Origin: Catajapyx aquilonaris
Lineage: Eukaryota
Reading direction: 5' to 3'
Assembly (NCBI GenBank): GCA_000934665.2
Contig: KZ538394.1
Span: 1 to 64,000, forward strand
Length of the DNA: 64,000 bases
Translations under genes and position numbers: made by a program
The notes under the pieces: generated by a model
What the model saw: only the letters and a program-made list of their open reading frames with translations
Database searches by the model: none
What the model was told of the DNA's origin: nothing
Part shown: positions 12,840-24,100 of the stretch, one piece after another
Position numbering within the stretch: position 1 is the first letter of the stretch
Layout: each line of letters begins with the position of its first letter

Positions 12840-15084
12840 CCTCGGAGAGCTGAAGCCAAGGCTGAAGTCGGTCGAAGGGGCCCCTCCAGACCTGATTTCT
12901 TCTTGTGGGGTTTACTGAAGGGCCACACATCATAATTATACAGGGTTAAGCCCAGAACAATTGACGTCCTCTAGCTTCGATACGGCGGGAGTTTGCTGCC
13001 ATTTTGATGTCACATTAGCACATAATATTATATGGGGGGATTCTCCAAAAACTTATAATTTTCAAGGCAAAAATTAATGAATTTCAAAACTTGTTTCAAA
13101 AATAAGGAAAAGTTCACACTAGTCTTACTGTGTATGAGGTGACAAACAAGGAAAAAATAGGGGTACCTAACTCTCATATTCTAAAGTGGTTGAAACCTTC
13201 CAGGATTGATTTTGCAGTTAACCGCAATAATTTTTATTGGACGTTGTTCCTCATAATAGTAGATCAACAAGTGAAACTCAGCTTTTAAATATCTGTCCCC
13301 TCAAGTAGTGAAAACTTGGGCTCAAAAGTCGAGAATTTGCAATTTTCTTGCAATTGAAATGGCCACAACAGGCACTAAAAAGCTGCCAGAATTTTAATAT
13401 TAATTTTTCAGACACTAGTTGATGATGGCTAATTTTTTGAGTACCATCTACATAGTTCAAGAACGAGAATTTTGTTAAAATATTATTATTATTAAATATT
13501 ATTGCCCGGAGTATGGGAGCCAGAAGAATGACCTTTGGATGCATTAGGATTAATATCACGGTCCAAATGTATGCATTACATAACAGTGCATTGTTCCAAA
13601 AGCATGAGTTTAAAATTTCATATTGGTTTTCAGAACGGTTCCGGAAATATACTCATTGAAAGCAATGGAAAAAGTGCATCCTCCTGTGAGTGTTATTTTG
13701 GTACCCATTAAAAGAAATATTGATATCTCGATAACTAAATTTAATTTTGTAAAACTGATTGCTTCATAAAAGTTCAATTGGATGTGGTTTGCACATATTA
13801 CTTTTTTTCAAAAAAATCGATGATTATGACTTGACACCTTTTCACACCCACTGGCTGATCTGAAATGGAACCACCCAGTATGGAAAAATCATGCTAGTGT
13901 GTTTGGCTGAAAATTTGTTACTGATGAGATACCATTACAGTCTGTCATGTGGCCTAATGAAAACCTGATGTAGTTTTAGGTAAATATTACTTTTCATTCA
14001 CAAGTGATTTAATTTTGGAAAGCCCTGTACTCTGTGTTTGGAACGTGCCTCTGATAGCACATTTGACAATACATGACATCATGGTCAACAACTTACTATC
14101 TATCAATGCATTATGTTGGAATGTTATTGCACATTGTTTAGCTGGCTGGGTAGGCCAGAACTACCTTTTCCAATCCATTGTGTTTTCTGCAGCATCTCCA
14201 CCGACATCCATAAAACCAAGTAAGATGGTGGAAGAAGTAGTGCATCAGTAGTTGGTTTGACTACCAATATGAATCCAATCATTACAAATCAGGAAAATAC
14301 ATGGACCACAGGCATAATAGCATGTACAGTAGCTAATGACATAATAATCACATAATTTCTTTCATGCATACAAACACATATTACACTATAACATGAGCCA
14401 CCTTGAGACTTCCGAACATGTACAGTACGAATTAGGTAACTGCTGCTTATCTTTAGGGAAAACCATATCAGTGTTGTCCAAGTCCAAGGTTGCGTCAACA
14501 CTGCAGTGTCTGTGGGGTCGTAATCTTAACCATGAAAAAGAACAAGGCCTAGTGAGACGGAAACAGTGTTTATATTTTCATAAATTCAACAATCCCCTAT
14601 ATGGCACAAAATTATGACATTATTGTTACAACATAGCCTCATCTGTACTATTATTGCTGTACACCCAGTGAGGTTTTTTCATTTGAATATTGCACTCATG
14701 GTGAACCAGTTACTTGCTTAATGGCCACTTAAAACTCTAACCTTTTACTCCATAAAAGGCTAGATGTACCTACATATATAATAATTATTTTGTAACAACA
14801 AGCATCGCCAAATGCAATGTAAAATGCACTACGTGGCAGTTTGAGCAAAATAATCAATAAACTTTGCCTAGATACAGAATGTAAGTCAAATGTTTGTAGC
14901 TTTGTAACAGAATCATGTAAATAATTATCTAAAAAAACTTGGCACTCGGATAAATCATTTAGAATAAAGTGAGTAAACAATCCAAACGATTCTAAAAAAA
15001 ATAATCACAATAATTCAAGGAACCAAACCATGAAGCTGCACCATGCCCTAATTATACTCGTAATTCTACCAAAATGAATGGATT

Positions 15085-15117
15085 TTATAGATGGTCTCCT
15101 CCAGCCAGTTCCTCCAG
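15085..15117 (-). CDS. GYS: Glycogen synthase terminal exon, short form ([10 protein letters not shown])
   Basis: Strong acceptor ttttttgttacag|, phase 0; gives EEKE-LEEL, resembling arthropod glycogen synthase C-termini; TAA at 15085-15087. Confidence 0.8.
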   Translation of the reverse strand: MEELAGGDHL

Positions 15118-18100
15118 CTGTAACAAAAAATCATGTCATTGTTGAGAGCATAAAAAATCACTAAAGTCCTAGTTCTACCATGGTTGTTCAACTATAAACT
15201 CTGTTCAAAGTAAAGCCAAACTCCAGTGTGATATTATTTCCCACAAAATAAATAACCAGCGGTGGTTGTGGTTTACATCCTGAGCATGATTATTTTACTA
15301 CCCTTTTGAATGTCAGTCTAGTGCAGTTAGTGGCATTCAGGTGGTACAAAAAATAAAGTTATAAATGAATATTTAGAAGAAAAACGTCAGGCCAAGAAGT
15401 ACCGTCTCGTTTATATGGATGAAATGTTTATCCTGATTATCCAGCATTATTCCCAACCTTATTTCGATCAAACCCTATGGACAACCTTTTCTGGACCTCA
15501 GGCGACTTGTATGACACATCCCGATTTTTAAATAAAATTATGAACTACCAAAATGTTAAACCAGGTGCAATGCTTATGTAGATTTGATGTGAATTTCCCC
15601 CTTAAAATTTTCCTACTTTGCTTTGTTTTTTTCTTCTCTTTATTTTATTTTATTTTGATTCCATTTTCTGGACTTACTCATGACCCCTAAAAACATGCTG
15701 GCGACCCAGGCGTTGAGAACAGGATAAACATTTTGTCCATATAGAGTCGTGCCATTCTTTATGAAAGGTACTGTATCCTAGAACAGCGATTCAAAGTGAG
15801 GTCCGCATAATTATGAAGACCCAAAATTCACTTATGAGTCCTTTCCACTATCTGACCTTGAGAAAGATGACTAACTTTGTTCATAGATATTATTTTTAAA
15901 AATTGTCAAGCAAGAAATATCGAAAATATTCACAATGGAAAGGTAAATTTGAATGACACTTACGAGTCTTCACAATTTCGACCCAAAGTCTATAAAACAG
16001 ACATCAGCTGGTAGATTACCGGATATTAATTTTTAAAACAAAGTGGAATATATTTTTCCGTCATGGTAGAGCCATGCTTCATGCTTGTTGGTTTAAAAAA
16101 GTAATGTATGGGAATGATACAAAGTGAACAAGTCAGCTTTCTCAAGGTCACTTGATTGAGAGGACACTTACATATTTCAGTCGCACTGGAAAATGGCAAT
16201 TTACTAATGGGAAATAATACATATGGACAAAGTAGTCTTTTGACCACCCAAGTGGACTGTGGTCAAAAACTCAAAATAGTTTGAAAAAGCCAGCCCTAGA
16301 AAGTTCCCAGCAAGGTTTTCAAACTGGTGCAGAGGTCACATCAGCATTTGGACAGGGATGTGTAGCAAAATAAAATGCAATATGACAGTCGCTTTTCTAA
16401 AACCATATGAAATCACAACTATAAAATCATTTAAGAAATGGCATTTTGTACACAGGAATGTAAATAATGAATATTTTAATGTGAATAGGGTTTGTAACTG
16501 GCAACTCTCTCTTGAGAAATTTGGCATAAACATGGAATATAATCTACTGTAACTGGTGCTATTTACAGTAAAAATATGTACACCTATTAACAGCTTAGCA
16601 GGCTCAGCCAGTGTAACACAGCAATAAGCTTCAGCACATGCAATGTAAAACAGGACAAAAAATAAATAAAAAATGGCTGGCAGTAAGTTTTTAAAACTGC
16701 ATGCATTTTGGACAGACACAAGTTTATTACTCAAATGCAAATTCAAGCATCCTTAGCAGAGTATATACTGCAGAAAGGAAAATGCCAGAAACACAATTCA
16801 GATTTAGACATGCTCTTCACAGGTGCCTCCCCTTTTTTCATATTAAGCTGAGTGAATACGCTTTCTACAGGGTCCATGGATAGACTTCAGACAACCGGGT
16901 GGACATGTTAGAAGGAGTTGATGTGACAGGGGAAGGTACAGAAATAGGCTGCGTGTTCTCCAGGGTGTGAAGCACCGGCACAGGGTTGGGAGCGGCAGTG
17001 TAGGTTGGAGATGGTGCAACAGCAGGAACAGGAGTCACGTATTGGAGCTTCACCTTGCGATTCTTTTTCTTCTTCTTGTATGCAAATAAACAAAAAGTAT
17101 GATACTATACATAATGATAAAATTTGACCACAGGATAATTTTGATTCCTTGGGCAAAATATCCTATTGCTGATGAGATATTTTCAGCCAAAGGGTATCTC
17201 TCCATTAATTACATGATCATGAGAGCAACTAACTTGTAACCATAATAATAAACATAAAAGACAAGACAAGGAGCAGTTTAGTCATGCACCATGACAATTT
17301 ATAGTAAAGGTTATTTAATAATTATTAGATTAAAAAGAGGAACTTGGTTTGTTCCTATTCATCTTGAAATTGTGAACATCAAGGTTTGAAAGTCATAAAT
17401 TAAGGGTTTCTTTTTTTACATTTAAAATGTGCAGAGGTGCTAGAAACCACCAATAATTTTTATATTTTTATAAATGGTAGATGACAAGGGGAGATGGAGT
17501 GGCACTGCAGTAACGTACACGACCAAGGATGTAAGGGTCCCAGGTTCGGTACCAAGCCCGGGCATTCCCCCCTTCATATCGTGCAGAGTTAGGGGTCATA
17601 TCTAGCTTCGTCTCGGATGAGATTTCTACTAGACTAGCCACCCAGGGCAGTTCACAAAAATGACTACAGCAACTTTACTGCACTGCACATTGCACATCCC
17701 CTCCCACTCATCCCCCCTTGCTTGTGGTACCCGGGCTTTACAAAAAAAGGACCAAAAGCTTGTACATCTAAAAGCAAAAATTAAGATACTATGCCAGATG
17801 CCCAGCAAGGGTGGTGCACTAAACCCAATTATTATTTTATTATTATAAATGGTAAATGACACCATATTTTAAAGACTAACTTATTGTTCACTAGACCCTG
17901 GTTGCGTAATAATCAATAGCAAATCCAAAACAATTGTTGATCCCTGTTTTCCAAGATTCAAAGCAATAAATATCAAGAAATTCATATTCTGTTTTTTGTT
18001 ATTACAGTGGAGCATCGATTATCCGAACAGAGTCTGCCAACTGATTGTTTGGATAACCGATCATTTACGGAAAAAATGGTACCTGTGCCACAGGAGCAAT

Positions 18101-21100
18101 ATGAAACTAAGAAACAGTGATATTAATCACAAATTCGTATATTTTCTGTCACAGGCACGTCTTAAAAATACTGTACATATACCTTACTGTCATTACATGA
18201 AGTAGTTCTACAGTTTAGGGGGGGGGGGGGGAAGGCCAACTTCTTTTGCTTGAGAGCAGAGGCTCGTTTTTTTTGGCGGCTAATCTGCAGCGCCACAGCA
18301 CTAGCGGAACCACATAGTTGTTTTTTTTCTTTCGTTTTTTTCGTTTTATGGCCGACCCGAAAATGTTCGGTTAACTGATGGTTCGGTTGATCAGTGTTCG
18401 GATAATCGATGCTCCACTGTATTTATTTATTTATTTGTTTTATTTATCATACCCCGTGCTAGAGCCTTTGACTCTCTTAGGGGGGTGGATTACCACCATT
18501 GGATGGGACCAGGGATAGGGAAGGAAGGAAGCGACTGTGGCCTATTTTTATGGAAACGACCTCGGAATTGTCCTGCAAGGGACCATGGAAAACCACAGAA
18601 AACCATGGTCAGGGTCGCCGGCCCCAGGATTGTTTTTTGTTGTTAATCATTCAAATCACCGTAATATGGCATGTGTGCTCTCATGGGTTCCCCTTAAATT
18701 AGTGGTACCCCATTTAAATACTTGTCCATTATGTTTTATTAAGGTCCATTCACACAGCCACTTTTCCCCAAGTAAGCTCCTGAAGTGCCTTTTAGCCATT
18801 AAATGACAAAAGGGTGTAGAGTAGAGTAGAGTAGAGTAGAGTAGTAGTAGAGTAGAAGTACAGGGTGGGGGAAAACTCATGGGATGGTTTAAACGATGCA
18901 GCATGGTGTAAGTAACGAACGATTATATTTAAAAAAAATTACACTACACAGAAGAAGATATGCCATTTATGGATCAAGGTCCAAAAAAGTCACTTCTTGC
19001 AAACAACACCAGATAGATGTCCACCTTTGCAGGCAACACATATTACTCCAAACGCTGGACGAAACCCTTCATAACGCGCTCCAGCATGTCCAGGGAAATG
19101 TTTCTCATGGCATGTTTTATCTGATCCTTAAGATCAGCCAATGACTGAGAACGTGTGGCGAACACCAAACTCTTCAGATATTACCCCTACAAGAAGAAGT
19201 CGGGGGTGGTCAAATCTGGCGACCGCAACGGCCAAGGAATGTCCCCAAATCTTGAAATGACCCTCCCAGGAAACACGTGACTTTTAATTTGTTCGGTGTT
19301 CGCCACACGTCCTCAGTCATTGGCTGATCTTAAGGATCAGATAAGACACGCCGTGAGAAACATTTCCCGGGACATGCTGGAGAGCGTTACGAAGGGTTTC
19401 GTCCAGCGTTTGAAGGAATATGTGTTGCCCGCAAAGGTGGACATCTATCCGGTGTTGTTTGCAAGAAGTGACTTTTTTGGACCTTGATCATAAATGGCAT
19501 ATCTTTCTCTGCATAGTGTATTTTTAAAAAATATAATCGTTCATTACTTACGCCATGCTGCATCGTTTAAACCAGCCCATGACTTTTGCCCCACCCTCTA
19601 TGTGGGTTGTTTCATAAGTCATTGTGCATATTTTTAAAATCAAAAACGGTAACACATACAGAGATGACTTTTGCTGAGTTTTGAAGCTCCGGCGATTACA
19701 ATTTGATCTGATATATAGATGTCGCCCATATCGTGGGGGGAGCGGGGAAACAAAGCGGGGTCATGACCCCCGCACGATCGCATCGCCCTAAGACAGCCCA
19801 AGCCTGACATGCTTGGAGCTGTTGAACGTTGCATGCAGGACACTCGGGGATGGCCAACACGGGAGCTTGCTTTCGAGTGTGGGACAAGTCAGAGCACTAT
19901 GACCGGAGCCATGACTGTGTCATCCATCGCCACAAACAGTTTTTAAAAAACCATCGCCCTCACTGCTATCGAGTTCCAAGCGAGGGCAATCTCAAAGAGA
20001 TGCTGAGGAACCGTTGGGGATACCAACTTCATGAGAACTTTTAGTCTTTCAGTGTCCTAAGCATAGTGCTCTGATTTGTCCCACACTCGAAATCAAGCTC
20101 CTGTGTTGTCCATCTCCGAGTGCCCAGCATGCAACATTCAACAGCGCCAAGCACGTCAGGCTCGGGCAGTCTTAGGGCGACTCATTAAGATCGTGACCTT
20201 GACACTCTAGATACAGTGATTTTTTCAGTATCCCGATTTTTGGGATAGCGGCAATGGAAGGGTTAAATCCTATGAAGCACTTGTGGAGCTCAAGTGTAGT
20301 TGCAACATGGTATTCAAAGCATAAACTACATGCAATCCCAAGGAACATCCACATATCCATAGCTTTGGTCCAAAAAATGAGCAACATGTTGGGTATACAG
20401 GGTGGATCCGCTAACTCTGGCAAAAATCGCCGGGGTGGGTAGAGGCCCCATAGGCAAGTATTTTGAGCTTAGGTACCCACGTCTGGAAATGCCCCGTATG
20501 GGGGTACGGCCGTTTCCACCTTTGGTCTGTTGCGCCTGGTGGGTAGGCAACCCACCGCACTCGAATTGTGAGTGCCAAACAGAGGATTTCATTAGATCAA
20601 GGTCAGGCAACGCTGTTTCACGGAGGTGACAGTCAAAAGCCCAGCCAGCAAGAGATGCGGGCATCAGACGGTCACCTGATGATGGCCACCTGAGCCCCCG
20701 CTCCTCCCTGCAGTCTTCGTCGTCTGCTTCTGCTTGGTTAGCGCCTGGTGAATGCATTCCTCGTCCGGCGACAACAAAACAGAGCAAGCATCTTGATCAT
20801 CGCTCGACGTGCGCTAGTGTGTGTGTGTTAGGGAATCGTGTGACGGTCGATGAACCGGATTACTTTCCCGGAGCTCGCCGACCTGCATCTGCCATATGGG
20901 GCTACAGGTGGCAATGCACCTGCGGCCCGGCGCTTGTACACCGAACGCCATCCTAGACGCCACTTGCCACACCGCAACGTTTTCGTGAATGTTGACTGCA
21001 CGCTACGTGATACTGGGTCATTCCAAGTAAGTGTCGATACTGAGGGAAAGGTTTTTTTTTCTGTCGTTGACATTTGCATTTCGATAACGTTGAATCGTTG

Positions 21101-24100
21101 GTCAGGTGCGCCAGGAGAGGGGGCGGCAGCGTCCAGTCCATAATGAACATGAGGACGAGGTGATGGAGCGTGTCCTGGCCAATTCGCCACGAGCATGCAT
21201 CAGGTAGCTTCCTCAGTGGGTTGCTGCAGGAAGCCGGTGTTGAACATCTGCCATGACCACGACCTGCACCCCTGCAAATTGACCAAGGTGCAACATCTTC
21301 ACCCTGGCGATCCTCCTCTGTGTCTCCAGTACTGCCTGTGGCTGAAAGCACGCATTGGTGCGAACCCTACTTTCCTGTTGTTCATTTGCTCCATGGATGA
21401 AAAGGGCTTCTCCAGGGAGGGCACGTTCCAACGTCTGCAACAACCACTACTGGGCAGAGGACAACCCACATGCCAAGCACGTGCGGGGATACCAACAGAA
21501 GTTTCATGTCAATTTCTGGTCGTGAATAGGCGGTGACCATTTACTAGAGCCATACATGCTGCCTGCCCGGTTGAATGCGCAGAACTACCTCATTTTCCTC
21601 CAACAACAGCTGTCGGAGTATCTGGATGATTTGCCCCTGCAGTTGCGCCACGACATGTGTGGCAGCAAGATGGCTGTCCTGCTCACTGGGGAAGGGTTGT
21701 CCGGGACCACTTGGGCCAAGCTTTCCCCAATAGGTGGATAGGGCGTGGAGGGCCTATCGCGTGGCCACCAAGGTCTCCGGATCTCACCCCTCTGGATTTC
21801 TTCCTGTGGGGTGCCATGGAAGCAATGGTCTACGAGACGCTGGTGCCCACTGAACAGGATTTGATTGCGCGAGTGGTAATGGCTGCAGAGGCCATTAGGC
21901 AGCAGCAGGGAGTCTTCGCACCAATGCAAGCATCGTGGGCGGCACTCATTCAAAAGTGCATTGAAGTCAATGGGCAGCATTTCGAGCACATTTTGTAACA
22001 CCTCTGTCCGTCACGGTTTTTCCTTGCGTTTCCCTTGTTTCAGGATGTTACGTTTTGTTTTGATCACCAGACGCCTGGTAATTGTGTCATTGATTAGTTT
22101 CATCCTTCATGACTGTCATCTCCGTGTAACAGCGTTGGCTGAGCTTGATCTAATAAAATCCTCCATTTGGCAATTGACACTCGCAATTGTTGTCGCCTTT
22201 GTCTCCTCCACACGTGACACACCTGATGAACGCAAGCTTTGAGTGCGGTGGGTTGCCTATCCACCAGGCTCAACAGACCAAAGGTGGAAACGGCCGCACC
22301 CCCATACGGGGGCATTTCCGGACATGGGTACCGAAGCTCAAAATACTTGCCTATGGGGCCTCTACCGACCCTGTGATTTTTGCCCGAGTTAGAGGATCCA
22401 CCCTGTATACTATGCTTCCTTATCCAAGAATATGCTTGCAATGTTCAAAATCACTGATATGTGAATGCCCTTTTCATGCAGCATTTGGAAGGCTGAATTA
22501 TGCACATAAGCCTCACCAGTACTACACATGACTACAATCTTGCATCACATGAACTGAGAGCCCTCACCTCCTTTTCCTCATCGATGTCATCCTGGTCACT
22601 CTCTGACCCATGAAGTGACGGGGCTGGGGTTGCAGCCCTGGAGGAGGCTGGTGATGGAGGCTCTGATATGGGACGTGGGAAGTTCATCTTTCGGACTGTG
22701 GCCTCCTCCTCAACATCCATGTCTGGGTACAGAACTCGGATGGCCCGCATCCTTGACTGCCTGTAGTACTGGAATGGCACAGGATTAGAAAGATCATTAA
22801 ATGAATGATAGTGTCAAACCCTTCCATTTCTCAGTCCCAAGTTTGATCCTCAGGTAGGACAGGAATTTATTCCTCATGTGGAGAGAGTTTTGATGGGCTC
22901 TATCCATGTTAATTTGGGTTTTCTCAGGGTTCTCCTGTTACCTCTCACAATCTAAATCTATCAGCAGTGCAACAATTAATAACGTTGGGAATACAAAGGT
23001 GGGGGTTACAGTCTGAACTGATGGCAAGGAGCAGACAAGTTGGCACTTGGCAGCCAATAAGCAGGCAGGAGTGGTAACATTTACATTCCAAATGAAGGAA
23101 ATAAAGTGCCAATAGATTATGCTGTATGGCATGTTACAATTTGACATGAAAATAGTGTATGCAGGATGTTCCTCTGCTCAAGTTGATGATCCAGAAGATG
23201 GAATATGGGGAAGAGCTGATAATTAGTCAGGCAATACAGGCAATCCCTGACATAATAATTATGTAGCAATGATCTGCATAGATCCGGACTTACAGAAAAC
23301 ATTCTGTCATGTGCAAAAAATATAGGAATTTAAGGAACAAACTGGTACCGTTGCGATATTCCAAAACCACAACACCTGTGGCAGCTGTGCGGTCCTGGGT
23401 CACAGGTCCCAGAGCCAACTGATAAGATACTAAATCAGCAAAGCCACAATAGATGCAGATTCCAAAGGACCTTGAGTCCATTTTCAAGAAAAATGAGCTG
23501 ATGACTGTTATAATATGTCATAATGTTGCGTCACCCAGGCCATCATAAAGAGACCATGGAGGTATTTCCCCTCAGACCCTATCCGCCAATCCTACACTAT
23601 GCCGCCTCCCACTACTTGCAACCTGTGGTGCAATCCTCCATACACCAACCTCCCTAGCTACACAGCTAGCAACCAGTCTCTCTCTTCCCCTTATCCTGAG
23701 CAGACGCATTATATCATTGTACTGTATCAGGGAACCACCCCTCAAAAATATATTCGGTTTACAACCACAACGGATCTAGTTATTAACCCAACAACTAGGA
23801 CCACGGTTATTACAATGACAACAATCGGTAGCTTATGGCACTCCCCACCTCTTCCTGAAGTCAAAACACATCAAATGTCCCTGAAGTCCAAGCACAGAAA
23901 TCGGGGGGTTTTTCCAAAGCCATGTAAGTCCACGTATTTGATGCCAACAAAAACTCACATTTCTCGAAATGACACAAATGGACTTGGAGGACTTTGGAAT
24001 CCACCTCTAACATCCTTGAACTGTGTTGCACAAGCCAGACAGTAAAGGTTTGGTCACCCTAAAACCACAGATACACCAACACAAATGGCGCAGGGGCCCA

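Larger units (their letters stand above)
12128..13000 (+). mobile_element. Degenerate Tc1/mariner remnant
   Basis: TA|CAGGGTGT end near 12128 and a DFFLWG-like motif near 12895; boundaries approximate. Confidence 0.5.

Noticed and set aside
12388..12935. ORFs of about 180 aa in several frames
   Set aside because: Artefacts of the N gap and G/C runs within TE remnants.
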